Assembly: GCA_964491475.1 (NCBI GenBank)
Contig: CAZBFO010000002.1
Location: 144,501-208,500 of the forward strand
Length of the DNA: 64,000 bases
From: an uncultured Gammaproteobacteria bacterium
GTDB lineage: Bacteria; Patescibacteriota; Patescibacteriia; SG8-24
Direction: 5' to 3'
The position numbers and the translations under genes were made by a program. Position 1 is the first letter of the stretch. The number at the start of each line of letters is the position of its first letter. The notes under the pieces are model-generated. The model ran no database searches, was not told the origin of the DNA, and saw nothing but the letters and a program-made list of their open reading frames with translations. Below are positions 39,362-49,220 of this stretch, in pieces.

Positions 39362-41921
39362 GGGTTTTGGCGCGTGCGTTGGCTTTCTTGCGGGCAATGA
39401 CGATGGCGCCCTCCTTGGCGTCGATGTTCATGACGTCGCCGGGGTTGCAGTTCTCGGAGAGCAGTTCCTTGGCCAGCGGGTTCTCCACCAGCTCCTGAAT
39501 CTGGCGGCGGACGCCGCGGGCGCCGTACAGCGGGTTCCAGCTCTTTTCGGCGACCATCGAGACCGCGCCGTCCTCGTAGACCAGGCCGACCTGGTAGTCG
39601 TCGGCCAAGCGCTTGCCCAGCTCCGCCATCTGCAGGCGGACGATCGACTCGAGGTCCTTCTGCGACAGGGGATTGAAGATGGCCACCTTGTCGATGCGGT
39701 TGATGAACTCGGGGCGGAAGGAGCCTTCCAGCTCGCGCATGATGGCGCTGCGGGTTTCCTCGTTCTCGGCGGCCGTGAAGGAACCGTCCTGCTTGGTGGT
39801 GAAGCCCATCGGTTCGGTGCGCAGCACGTTGGAACCGACGTTCGAGGTCATCACGATGATGGAGTGCTTGAAGTTGATCTTGCGGCCGGTGGCGTCGGTG
39901 ACATGCCCGTCTTCAAGAATTTGCAGGAGCAAGTTATGGACATCGCCATGCGCCTTTTCGATCTCATCGAAAAGTACGAGAGAGTGCGGGCGGCGCTTCA
40001 CCACGTCGGTCAGCTTGGTCTCGTCGCGGTAACCGACGTAGCCGGCAGGCGCGCCGACCAGCTTGGACATGTTGAAGCCTTCGGAAAATTCCGACATGTC
40101 GATGCGTACCAGCGCGTTCGGATCATGGAATACCTGCTCGGCCAAGGTCTTGGCCATCTCGGTCTTGCCCACGCCGGAAGGACCCAGGAACAGGAACGAG
40201 GCCAGCGGGCGGTTGGGGGAGGAGATGCCGGCCTTGGCGCGGCGCACCAGTTCGGCGACGGCGTTGACCGCCTCGTCCTGGCCGACTACGCGGGAGCGCA
40301 GGGCGTCTTCCAGCTTGAGCAGGTGGGCCTTTTCTTCGGCCAGCAGGTCGGTCACCGGAATGCCGGTGGCGCGGGCCACGACTGCGGCGATCTCCTTGCG
40401 ACTGATCGAACCGATCTTCGGCTTGGCCTTGCCGCTCTCCTTGCGGCCGAGCTCCTTGAGCTCGTTTTCCAATTCTTTTTCTTTCGACTTCAGCTCCAGC
40501 GCCTCGATGAAGTTCTCGCCGGTGACCGCCTTTTGCTTCTTGCGCTTGACCTTGTCGAGTTCTTCCTCGACCGCCTTCATCCGCTTGGCATCGCTCTCGG
40601 TGGTGTTGGCCACGCGCAGCACGGCCGCGGCCTCGTCGACCAGGTCGATGGCCTTGTCGGGGAGCTGACGGTCGGTGAGGTAGCGCTCGGAAAGTTCGAC
40701 CGCGGCATCGATGGCCTCGTCGGTGATGGTGACGCCGTGGTAGGTCTCGTAGCTGTCGCGCAGGCCGCGCAGGATGTGCTTGGCCACTTCGGGGCTGGGC
40801 TGTTCGACCGTCACCGGCTGGAAGCGGCGCTCCAGCGCGCCGTCGGCCTCGATGTGCTTCTTGTATTCGGCCAGGGTGGTGGCGCCGATGCAGCGCAGGT
40901 CGCCGCGGGCCAGCGCCGGCTTAAGCAGGTTGGCGGCGTCCACCGAACCGTTGGTGGAACCGGCGCCCATGATGTTGTGCAGCTCGTCGATGAACAGGAT
41001 GATGTCGCTGTTGGACTTGAGCTCGTCCACGATCTGCTTGACGCGGCCTTCGAACTCGCCGCGGTAGATCGTGCCGGCCAACATGAGTCCGAGGTCCAGC
41101 GAGAAGATGCGCTTGTCCTGCAGCACTTCAGGCACGTCGCCATCGACAATTTTTTTCGCCAGACCTTCCACGATGGCCGTCTTGCCCACGCCCGGCTCTC
41201 CCAGCAGCACCGGATTGTTCTTGCGGCGCTGCGAAAGGATCTGGATGGTGCGCTCGATTTCCTTTTCGCGCCCGATGACCGGATCGATGCCTTCCTGCAG
41301 CTTGGGGTTGGTGAGCTCGGTCGCGAAGAAGTCCAGCGCCGGCGTCTTGGCGTTGGCGGCCTTCTTGGCGGCCTTCTTTTCGGCGACCGCTTTTTTGTCG
41401 GCTTTCTCTTCGGACTTCTTGGGGGCCTTGCCCTCGTCGAAAGTTTCGGTGATCTCCGGGAACTTCGAAGTGCTCTTCAGCACCGTGTCCACCTGGCTGC
41501 GCAGCTCGCGGATGTCGATGTCCTGCTCGGTGAAGGCGGCGTCGATGGCCGGGGAGTCGATCTGCAGCAGCCCGGAGAGCAGATGCTCGGTGCCCACGTA
41601 CTTGTGCTCGTTGGTGTTGGCGGTCAGCACGGCTTTCTCGACGGCGCGCTTGGCGTCGTCGGAAAGGTGAGGGGCGCCGTCAGCCACGGCATTGTCGCGC
41701 TTGGCCAATTCGTCGGCAAGATGCAGCACGCGGCGAACCTCCTCGGCGCTCACGTTGGCCTTGCGCAAAATCTCGCCGCCGATGCTGCCCTTCTGCTGCA
41801 AGAGCGACAAAAGCAGGTGCTCCGGATTGATTGCCGGAGACTGCATTTCGGTGGCGAGCTTGTAGGCGTTTGCCAGCACGTTCTTCAGGTGGGATGTGAA
41901 CTTGTCGAGAATGTCTTGCAT
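39354..41921 (-). CDS. clpC: ClpC-type AAA+ Clp protease ATP-binding subunit
   Basis: Clp-N repeats, GEPGVGKT, short UVR-like middle domain, [18 protein letters not shown]. Confidence 0.92.
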   Translation of the reverse strand: MQDILDKFTSHLKNVLANAYKLATEMQSPAINPEHLLLSLLQQKGSIGGEILRKANVSAEEVRRVLHLADELAKRDNAVADGAPHLSDDAKRAVEKAVLTANTNEHKYVGTEHLLSGLLQIDSPAIDAAFTEQDIDIRELRSQVDTVLKSTSKFPEITETFDEGKAPKKSEEKADKKAVAEKKAAKKAANAKTPALDFFATELTNPKLQEGIDPVIGREKEIERTIQILSQRRKNNPVLLGEPGVGKTAIVEGLAKKIVDGDVPEVLQDKRIFSLDLGLMLAGTIYRGEFEGRVKQIVDELKSNSDIILFIDELHNIMGAGSTNGSVDAANLLKPALARGDLRCIGATTLAEYKKHIEADGALERRFQPVTVEQPSPEVAKHILRGLRDSYETYHGVTITDEAIDAAVELSERYLTDRQLPDKAIDLVDEAAAVLRVANTTESDAKRMKAVEEELDKVKRKKQKAVTGENFIEALELKSKEKELENELKELGRKESGKAKPKIGSISRKEIAAVVARATGIPVTDLLAEEKAHLLKLEDALRSRVVGQDEAVNAVAELVRRAKAGISSPNRPLASFLFLGPSGVGKTEMAKTLAEQVFHDPNALVRIDMSEFSEGFNMSKLVGAPAGYVGYRDETKLTDVVKRRPHSLVLFDEIEKAHGDVHNLLLQILEDGHVTDATGRKINFKHSIIVMTSNVGSNVLRTEPMGFTTKQDGSFTAAENEETRSAIMRELEGSFRPEFINRIDKVAIFNPLSQKDLESIVRLQMAELGKRLADDYQVGLVYEDGAVSMVAEKSWNPLYGARGVRRQIQELVENPLAKELLSENCNPGDVMNIDAKEGAIVIARKKANARAKTHA

Positions 41922-42052
41922 GGGGACTGGGCTCGTGAATAAGAGGCTGCACGATGCCGAAATTATAGCATTTTTACCGTCATTTTGGAGGAATGAAGCG
42001 GGCTTTTATCCACACGTCGACCGCAGGCGAGAACGCCGCCGAAGCGGACAGC

Positions 42053-42082
42053 AAAAAACCCGCGTTGGCTGCGCGGGTTTTT
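42053..42082 (-). terminator. Terminator after htpX
   Basis: AAAAAACCCGCG...CGCGGGTTTTT. Confidence 0.8.
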
Positions 42083-42119
42083 GTGATTTGGCTCGATTTT
42101 TAATGGCTTTTGCCCAGCT

Positions 42120-43019
42120 TTAGGCGCGAGGACCGGCCATCTTTTCCAGTTCGGCGATGCGCTTTTCGATCGGCGGATGCGTCGAGAACAGCGCGGCGAA
42201 CGCCTTGCCGTTAAACGGGTTGGCCAGGAACAGGTGGGCGGTGGAGGCGTTGGCGTGAGCCATCGGCAGGTTCTCGGCTTGGATTTTCCGCAACGCGTTG
42301 GCCAGGCCTTCGGGGTAGCGGGTCATCAGCGCGCCGGAGGCGTCGGCAAGATATTCGCGGCGGCGCGAGACGGCCAGCTTGATGAGCTGCGCCACGATGG
42401 GCGAGACGATCAGCAGCACCAAACCGATGAGCATGAACACTCCGGCAGCGTTGCCTCCGCGATCATTGCCGCGCCGTCCGCCGAACCGCCCCATTCGGAA
42501 GAACAAGTTGGCCATCACCGAGATGACGCCGACCAGCACGATAACGACCGTCATCACGCGGATGTCGTAGTTCTGGATGTGCGACAGCTCGTGCGCCAGC
42601 ACGCCTTCCAGTTCCTCGTTGGTGAGCTTGGACAATGCGCCGCTGGTCACGGAGATCGAGGCGTGCTGCGGATCGCGGCCGGTGGCGAAGGCGTTGATGG
42701 CCGGATCGTTCATCACGAACACCTTCGGTTTGGGCATGCCTTGCGAGATGCACAGGTTGTCGACCATGCGCACCAGGTAGGGATTCTCCTGTTCGGACAC
42801 TTGCTGCGCGCCGGACATCGCCAGCGCGATCTTGTCGCCGGTGTAATAGCTGATCAGCGCCGAGACGGTCGAGTAGATGATGGCGATGGTCAGGAAGGCG
42901 CCGCCGGTGTCGTAGGCCTGGTCGATGGCCCAGCCCAGGAGCAGCACCAATGCCGAAAAGACCGCGATGAGGATCACGGTCTTCCGCTTGTTGGCGGCGA
43001 TGAAATCGTAGGTAGTCAT
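42120..43019 (-). CDS. htpX: HtpX M48 zinc metalloprotease
   Basis: NAFATG, HELSH, SRRREYLAD, STHPP. Confidence 0.95.
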   Translation of the reverse strand: MTTYDFIAANKRKTVILIAVFSALVLLLGWAIDQAYDTGGAFLTIAIIYSTVSALISYYTGDKIALAMSGAQQVSEQENPYLVRMVDNLCISQGMPKPKVFVMNDPAINAFATGRDPQHASISVTSGALSKLTNEELEGVLAHELSHIQNYDIRVMTVVIVLVGVISVMANLFFRMGRFGGRRGNDRGGNAAGVFMLIGLVLLIVSPIVAQLIKLAVSRRREYLADASGALMTRYPEGLANALRKIQAENLPMAHANASTAHLFLANPFNGKAFAALFSTHPPIEKRIAELEKMAGPRA

Positions 43020-43105
43020 CGGGGGAGTTTAGAGATGAAAGTGAAAAGTTTAGAGTGTGCCGTTTTCCGTTCTTTAAACTTTATAACTTTACACTTTCGA
43101 CTCTT

Positions 43106-43669
43106 CTAGAACTTCACCTGCACGGCGGCGCGCTCGCCTTCGGCGGCCTCGAAGAAGTCGTACTTCTTGAAGGACATGCGTGCCGCGATGATGTTGTTGG
43201 GGAAGACCTGGATCTTGGTGTTGAAGTCGCGGACGTTGGCGTTGTAGAAGCGGCGAGCGGCCTGGATCTTGTCTTCGGCGTCCTTCAGGTCGTCCTGCAG
43301 CTGCATGAAGTTCTGCGAGGCCTTCAGTTCCGGATACGCCTCGGCCACCGCGAAGATGGACTTGAGCGTCTGCGAGAGCTGGTTCTCGGCGACGGCCTTG
43401 TCGCCGACGGACTGCGCGCCCATGGCGGCCGCGCGAGCCTGCACGACCTTCTCGAAGGTTTCGGACTCGTGCTTGGCGTAGCCCTTCACCGTCTCGACCA
43501 GGTTGGGGATGAGGTCGTAGCGGCGCTTGAGCTGCACGTCGATGTCGGACCAGGCTTCGTCGGTGCGGTTGCGCAGCGTGATCAGGCCATTGTAGACGCC
43601 GATGAGCCACAGGACCACGACGACGAGCACGACTCCCAGAAGGAGTACGAACGTATTGAGCGAACCCAT
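43106..43669 (-). CDS. lemA: LemA family protein
   Basis: AWSDIDVQLKRRYDLIPNLVETVKGY, EAYPELKA. Confidence 0.95.
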   Translation of the reverse strand: MGSLNTFVLLLGVVLVVVVLWLIGVYNGLITLRNRTDEAWSDIDVQLKRRYDLIPNLVETVKGYAKHESETFEKVVQARAAAMGAQSVGDKAVAENQLSQTLKSIFAVAEAYPELKASQNFMQLQDDLKDAEDKIQAARRFYNANVRDFNTKIQVFPNNIIAARMSFKKYDFFEAAEGERAAVQVKF

Positions 43670-43757
43670 AGTTGAGATGTTGCGGTTGGTGAAATTAGTG
43701 ACTATTATGCGTATTATACTTGAAATTCGCGATAAATGAAAGGGTAGCAGGTTCCCT

Positions 43758-45128
43758 ATGTCCATCAACCCCAAAGTCTTCAAAGCTTACGACATCCGCG
43801 CCTTGTCTCCGCAGGAACTCGACGCCGACTTTGCCTACAAATTAGGCCAAGCTTTCGTAAAATTCACCAATGCCAAGACGGTGGTGGTCGGCCGCGACAT
43901 GCGCGAAACCACCCCGATGCTGTTCGACGGTTTGGCCAAGGGAATTCTTTCGCAGGGCGCCGACGTCATCGACATCGGCCTGGTCACCACCCCCATGTTC
44001 TACTACGCCGTGGGCGACTACGACCTGCACGACGCCGGCATCATGATCACCGCCTCGCACAACCCCAGCGAGTACAACGGTTTCAAGATGGTCTTCGGCG
44101 ACGTCATGCCCATCGGCGCCGAGACCGGCATGTGGGACATCCGCGACCTGGTGCTGGCCGGTCCGTATCCCACGCAGCCCGAAGGCACCATAGTGAGCAC
44201 CAGCATCCAGGAAGCGTACGTGCAGAAGCTGCTGTCGCTCGTCGACGTCGAGCATCTGCGCTCGATGAAGGTGGTGGTCGACACCGCCAACGGCATGGAA
44301 GGCGTGGTCATCGCCGACATCCTCGACCAAATCAAGGGCGTCACCTGGGAAGGCATGTACTTGGAACCCGACGGCAGGTTCCCGAACCACGAGGCCAACC
44401 CGCTCAAGGAAGAAACGCTAGACGCGCTCAAGGAACGCGTGGTCTCCACCGGCGCCGACATCGGCGTGGCCTACGACGGCGACGCCGACCGCGTCGGCCT
44501 GGTTGACGAGAAGGGCGAGACCGTCCGCGGCGACATGATCCTGGCGCTGCTCGCGCCCGTCCTGCTCAAGAAGCACCCCGGCGAGAAAGTGCTCTACACC
44601 GTCAACTGCAGCATGATGGTGCCCGAGGAAATCTCTGCCGCCGGCGGCAAGCCCGTGTTCACGCGCGTGGGCCACGGCCTGCTCAAGCCCCACATGCGCA
44701 AGGAAAACGCGCTGTTCGCCGGCGAACTGTCCTGCCATTTCTTTTTCCGCGAACTCCACAACGCCGAGTGCGCCGACTTGGTGATGCTTTCGGTTTTCGC
44801 GCTGATGACGCGAACCGGCAAGACTTTGTCAGAATTGGTTGCGCCGCTCAAGCGCTACTTCCACTCTGGTGAAATCAACTCCACCGTTGAGGATAAGGAT
44901 GCGGTGCTCGCCGCGCTCGAAGCCAAGTACGCGCCGCTGGCGACGACAGTGAACAAGATCGACGGCATCCGCATGGACTTTCACGATGAAGCCGATTCGA
45001 TGGGGGACTGGTGGTGGAATGTGCGGGCTTCGAATACGGAGCCTTTGTTGCGGTTGAACCTTGAAGCGAAGACGAAGGAGAAGATGGAGCGGATGCGGGA
45101 GGAGATTTTGGGGGTTATTCGCGGGTAG
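43758..45128 (+). CDS. manB: Phosphomannomutase/phosphoglucomutase
   Basis: FKAYDIR, TASHNP, DGDADR, GELSCH, RASNTEP. Confidence 0.92.
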   Translation: MSINPKVFKAYDIRALSPQELDADFAYKLGQAFVKFTNAKTVVVGRDMRETTPMLFDGLAKGILSQGADVIDIGLVTTPMFYYAVGDYDLHDAGIMITASHNPSEYNGFKMVFGDVMPIGAETGMWDIRDLVLAGPYPTQPEGTIVSTSIQEAYVQKLLSLVDVEHLRSMKVVVDTANGMEGVVIADILDQIKGVTWEGMYLEPDGRFPNHEANPLKEETLDALKERVVSTGADIGVAYDGDADRVGLVDEKGETVRGDMILALLAPVLLKKHPGEKVLYTVNCSMMVPEEISAAGGKPVFTRVGHGLLKPHMRKENALFAGELSCHFFFRELHNAECADLVMLSVFALMTRTGKTLSELVAPLKRYFHSGEINSTVEDKDAVLAALEAKYAPLATTVNKIDGIRMDFHDEADSMGDWWWNVRASNTEPLLRLNLEAKTKEKMERMREEILGVIRG

Positions 45129-45262
45129 ATCAAATCAAGTCTGTGGCGCAATGTTGAGATGAGAAATCGGGCTTACGGAGAGCCTGATTTTTTATGCATT
45201 GACGGCATTTTCGAAAGTGTTAAAACACGCGCCGCGCCAATAATTTTCATGGGTTTTTACAA

Positions 45263-45841
45263 ATGCATACGTCAAAAAGAAACTTCGCCTTTATCGACGC
45301 GCAAAATCTGCATTTGGGCGTCAAAGACCAAGGGTGGACCATCGACTATCGTAGGTTTCGACGGTATCTCAAGGAGAAATACGGCGTTACGGAAGCGTTC
45401 TTGTTCATCGGTTACCGTGCGGGCAATGAGCGCCTCTACGAATTTCTGCAGCGCGCAGGGTATTTGTGCGTGTTCAAGCCGACCCTGGAACTGCCCAACG
45501 GTGAAGTGAAGGGAAACGTCGATGCGGAACTGGTGCTGCACTCAATGATCGAATATCAGCACTATGAGAAAGCGGTCATCGTGACGGGAGACGGCGACTT
45601 CCGATGCCTGATTGCCTACTTGCTCGAACAGGACAAGTTGGAGAAAACGATTATCCCGAACGCAAAGAAATATTCCGCCCTGCTCAAGTCGTTGAGCGCC
45701 CCGGACCGAAACATCTTCGCATTCATGAACGGTTTGCGGGAAAAACTTGGTCGAGATCCGGCGCGGACGAAGACGAACGAAGACAAAAAAGAAAAGGGCT
45801 CCTCTCGGGACAAAACCCTTCAGGAACCCCTTTCGTCGTGA
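45263..45841 (+). CDS. NYN-domain (LabA/PIN-fold) putative RNase
   Basis: AFIDAQNL, KGNVDAELV, VTGDGDF. Confidence 0.9.
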   Translation: MHTSKRNFAFIDAQNLHLGVKDQGWTIDYRRFRRYLKEKYGVTEAFLFIGYRAGNERLYEFLQRAGYLCVFKPTLELPNGEVKGNVDAELVLHSMIEYQHYEKAVIVTGDGDFRCLIAYLLEQDKLEKTIIPNAKKYSALLKSLSAPDRNIFAFMNGLREKLGRDPARTKTNEDKKEKGSSRDKTLQEPLSS

Positions 45842-45842
45842 T
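45785..45842 (-). ncRNA. Candidate small antisense hairpin RNA over the NYN 3' end
   Basis: Minus-strand promoter just upstream; 13-bp stem GAAAGGGGUUCCU/AGGAGCCCUUUUC then U6. Confidence 0.55.
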
Positions 45843-45848
45843 GTCGGC

Positions 45849-45877
45849 ATAATAGCATGACCGGACGCACAGGTCAA
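45849..45877 (-). promoter_or_regulatory. Sigma70 promoter firing antisense into NYN
   Basis: TTGACC-17 bp-TATTAT with extended TG. Confidence 0.7.
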
Positions 45878-45983
45878 TGCGCAGCGATGAAGTCGGCATG
45901 TGGACATTGTTTACGTAAAAAACTACTCTTAGGTCACCGCCCTTATTTTTGTCGTGAAATCCGCGCGGTGAATAGTCGGTTGT

Positions 45984-46880
45984 ATGGCTTTACTGAAAAT
46001 CAATTTTAAAGTCGAAGTAAACAGGTGGACGAATTTTTATTTTTTCCTGCAGAACCTGTCCGAATGGAATGATCATTTTCGCAAAGAATATAATGAAACA
46101 TGGATACGGGAATTGGAAATTCCCGCGACTCTCCTCGCGGAACTCAAGATGTTCGCACGGATTCACCGTCGGTACGCCAGGCCTGCGCGACACTTGGCCC
46201 GACCGTTCCTCAACGGCAAAAATCCCTTTATCGCATTGCGAAGAATGGTCACGCAAAAGGAGTGCCATGAGGTCAATCTCGCATTTCGGAAATTCGCGCC
46301 ATTTTTTGATCGGCTATGGAAAGTTGAAGAGGTTCGGTTGCGCAACTGGAGCCGTCGTCTGACTTCAGGTCTGACGCAAAGCAGGAAGAGGTCGGTTTTT
46401 GAGTCAACGTTGTCGAAATTGTACGCGCCAAAGGCGTCGTCGGCGAAAATTCTGGTCACTCTCGTTTGTTCCGCGGGCAATACGCTCGGAGGTCAGGTGC
46501 AAGACGTCGGTGACGGAAAAAAACGCGTCATCGTTGAGATCTCTCGCGCCGGTGATGACCGAGCAAACTTTGCGGAAGGCATAGTCTGGCACGAAACCAT
46601 TCACGCGGCATTTGATGGGGCGACGCTCAAACCTGCGCTCAAGAAAATGAAAATGGAAAGAATGTCTATCCATGAAATTGCTGCCGGTCTTTTGTTTCCT
46701 CGCGGCGTTTTGGGTCAGGAATATTTGGGGATTTCACCTCCCAAAAACGGATTTATCAGGTCCTATCCGCAGGCGAATGAAGAACTGCTCGCGCTGATGC
46801 GTGACCGCGTATCCTCGGAGAGGGTGCTTGACCGTACCTTTGTCGAAGAGGTCGTTCGCTTGTACAAAAAAGCCCCCTGA
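45984..46880 (+). CDS. Hypothetical HExxH protein (AT-rich)
   Basis: WHETIHA followed by IHEIAA. Confidence 0.65.
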   Translation: MALLKINFKVEVNRWTNFYFFLQNLSEWNDHFRKEYNETWIRELEIPATLLAELKMFARIHRRYARPARHLARPFLNGKNPFIALRRMVTQKECHEVNLAFRKFAPFFDRLWKVEEVRLRNWSRRLTSGLTQSRKRSVFESTLSKLYAPKASSAKILVTLVCSAGNTLGGQVQDVGDGKKRVIVEISRAGDDRANFAEGIVWHETIHAAFDGATLKPALKKMKMERMSIHEIAAGLLFPRGVLGQEYLGISPPKNGFIRSYPQANEELLALMRDRVSSERVLDRTFVEEVVRLYKKAP

Positions 46881-46891
46881 GTACAGGGGGC
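46866..46891 (-). terminator. Terminator of the rSAM-peptide operon
   Basis: Minus strand GCCCCCTG-tact-CAGGGGGC-TTTTTT, 15 bp after the peptide stop. Confidence 0.85.
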
Positions 46892-46906
46892 AGGAGTTTG
46901 CGGGAG

Positions 46907-47119
46907 TCAGACCCGTTCGGGTCCTTCTTCACGCCAGGCGCCGGAGTTCTCGTAGTCGTCCCAGTCTTCCCAATTGCGCCAGCCGTCGGCGTGGCGGGTT
47001 TCCTGAGAGTTCGAGAGCTCGAGCTCTTCGTGTGTCGGGTTTCGCGTTGCGAGCCTGGCGAGGGCGGCTGAAACCGCCTTACTGCCTGGCTGCGAACGTG
47101 CTGTCTGCGCCGTTTCCAT
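46907..47119 (-). CDS. Putative RiPP precursor peptide (core WRNWEDWDDYEN)
   Basis: GAAGGA RBS; 70 aa; leader with AALARL; directly downstream of rSAM/SPASM, followed by terminator. Confidence 0.75.
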   Translation of the reverse strand: METAQTARSQPGSKAVSAALARLATRNPTHEELELSNSQETRHADGWRNWEDWDDYENSGAWREEGPERV

Positions 47120-48251
47120 GGGTTCCTTCTTCCTGCTGTTGTGTCATTTGCGCCACCTTTTCCTTCAGGTGCGCAAATATCTGCTTCCGCGTTTCGCAGA
47201 AGTAGAACTTTCCGGAGAGACCGCCCTTGCGGTGATGCGAGCAGCCGTTGTGGCACGCTTTTTGCCACTCGCATTGCGCGCAGTCGGGATGCAGCTGGTT
47301 GACCGCATCGGCGAACTCCATCCTTTTCTGGCCATTGAGCACTTCGGCAAGCGTTTGATCGCCGATGTCGCCGTAAAGCAGCTCGCTGCGGTTCGAGAGT
47401 CGATCGCACGGATACACCCTGCCATCGTACTCCACCGTGAAGTACGAAGAACAGGTGCCGTTGAACGCGCAGTTGCTTGCGCATCGACCGGAGATGCCGG
47501 CGAGGAAGTTCTCGATGTCGCGCACGCGCAAGTCTGCTCGATCGGCGGAGAGCCAGAGGTCGACATACTTCTTCATGTACGCGGTAAGCTCCGCGTTCCC
47601 CAGCGTCTGGTTGAGCATCCGCTTGTTGAGGTTGATGACGTCGAGATAGTCGTTGAGACCCCATGACTTCGCCTTCAGACCGTCGGCGAAAAAGGCAAAG
47701 TCTTGTTCGACGCTTTCGAGACTTGATGCGGTCACCGTATGGATGAAGCCGGGTTCGACACCGAACTCGCGGAGCTTCGCGATGCCGCGCATGACCAAGT
47801 CAAACGAGCCTTGTCCTCCGCAACGCGTGCGGAACCGGTCGTGGCTGATCTTGTCGCCATCTATACTCACCCCGACGCCGAACTTGTTGTTCGAGAAAAA
47901 CCGCGCCCACTCGTCAGTGACAAGCGTTGCGTTCGTCTGGACCACGTTGCTGATGCGGTGGTCGGCGCTGCGGTGTTTGCTTTGGAACTCGACGATTTTT
48001 TCGAAAAACCGCAGTCCGGCGAGCAGCGGCTCTCCTCCGTGCCAGATGAACTGCACGTTGCCATCGAACAGCTCAAGGTATTGTCTGACGAAGCTTTCGA
48101 GCATCTCTTCCGACATGACGTGGGGAGTCTGCTGGTCGAGCGTGTTGTAGAAGCAGTAAGCGCAACGCAAGTTGCAGAAATCGCCAACCACCTTGATGAT
48201 GGGCGTCATCGTCCTTTTCGGGGACGTCTGGATGACCGACAGTTTTCTCAT
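47079..48251 (-). CDS. Radical SAM/SPASM peptide maturase (anSME-like)
   Basis: CNLRCAYC, WHGGEP, QTNATL, SIDG; SPASM Cys set C..C, YPC, CAQC..C.NGC..C. Confidence 0.9.
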   Translation of the reverse strand: MRKLSVIQTSPKRTMTPIIKVVGDFCNLRCAYCFYNTLDQQTPHVMSEEMLESFVRQYLELFDGNVQFIWHGGEPLLAGLRFFEKIVEFQSKHRSADHRISNVVQTNATLVTDEWARFFSNNKFGVGVSIDGDKISHDRFRTRCGGQGSFDLVMRGIAKLREFGVEPGFIHTVTASSLESVEQDFAFFADGLKAKSWGLNDYLDVINLNKRMLNQTLGNAELTAYMKKYVDLWLSADRADLRVRDIENFLAGISGRCASNCAFNGTCSSYFTVEYDGRVYPCDRLSNRSELLYGDIGDQTLAEVLNGQKRMEFADAVNQLHPDCAQCEWQKACHNGCSHHRKGGLSGKFYFCETRKQIFAHLKEKVAQMTQQQEEGTHGNGADSTFAARQ

Positions 48252-48321
48252 CGCTTTTTCCCTTTTTGAAGGTCCTTTTTCGTCAGGGTCTGCCGAGCGC
48301 GGCATCTCTGACGAACACGGC

Positions 48322-48350
48322 ACGGTAACAATTTTTTCCGCATTTGTCAA
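48322..48350 (-). promoter_or_regulatory. Sigma70 promoter of the rSAM-peptide operon
   Basis: TTGACA-17 bp-TACCGT with extended TG. Confidence 0.65.
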
Positions 48351-48434
48351 CGCCTGTCAGTGGCAGGGAAGGCATTCTAGGGCGGCACGGCATGGGTAGA
48401 CAATCCCCCCGCAAAACCCTACCCTTACAGGACT

Positions 48435-49220
48435 ATGCTCGCCCTCTTCGACTCCGGCCTCGGCGGCCTCACCGTCGTTCGTGAGATGTTCCGCCAGCTT
48501 CCGGGATACGACACCATCTACTTCGGCGATACGGCTCGCGTGCCGTATGGCTCCAAGAGTCCCGAAGTCATTCGGCGTTTTGCTGCGCAGAACACCGACT
48601 TTTTGCTGTCCAAGGGGGCGAAGGCGGTGGTGATCGCCTGCAACACGGTTTCTGCTTTGGCGGCGGACGTGGTGCGTAAGCATGCCAAGGGCGTGCCGGT
48701 GTTCGAGGTGGTCTCTCCGGCGGTCGCCAAGGCGGCAGAGGTGACCAAGGGGCGCGTGGGGGTCATCGGCACCCGCGGCACGGTGGCCAGCGGCGTGTAT
48801 ACCGAAAAAATGGCCAAGATTGCGCCAAAGGTGAAGGTGTTCGGGCAGCCGGCGCCGTTGTTCGTGCCGCTGGTCGAGGAGGGGTGGGCCGGAAGCAAAG
48901 AGGCGGCTTCGATTGCCAACGAGTACCTTCGTCCGTTACGATTACGACGCATCGATACCTTGATTCTGGGCTGCACGCACTACCCGTTCCTCAAGCAGTG
49001 CATCGCCAAGTCCGCACCGGGGGTACGGCTGGTGGATCCCGCACAGCAGACCGTCGCCGCGGTCGCGCGGTACTTGGAGGCCAATCCTTCTTTCCGCAAG
49101 AGCCTTTCCAAGAAGAACAGGCATCTCTTTTACGCCAGTGACACCAGCGCGCATTCGCAGGACATCGCCTCGCGCTGGCTCGGTCGCCGCATCGTACTCA
49201 ACAAAGTCACACTCGAATGA
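48435..49220 (+). CDS. murI: Glutamate racemase
   Basis: FDSGLGGL, PYGSKS, ACNT, LGCTHYP. Confidence 0.95.
   Translation: MLALFDSGLGGLTVVREMFRQLPGYDTIYFGDTARVPYGSKSPEVIRRFAAQNTDFLLSKGAKAVVIACNTVSALAADVVRKHAKGVPVFEVVSPAVAKAAEVTKGRVGVIGTRGTVASGVYTEKMAKIAPKVKVFGQPAPLFVPLVEEGWAGSKEAASIANEYLRPLRLRRIDTLILGCTHYPFLKQCIAKSAPGVRLVDPAQQTVAAVARYLEANPSFRKSLSKKNRHLFYASDTSAHSQDIASRWLGRRIVLNKVTLE

Noticed and set aside
47079-48251. Plain anaerobic sulfatase maturase call
   Set aside because: No sulfatase in the window and a motif-rich peptide is co-transcribed; not fully excluded without phylogeny
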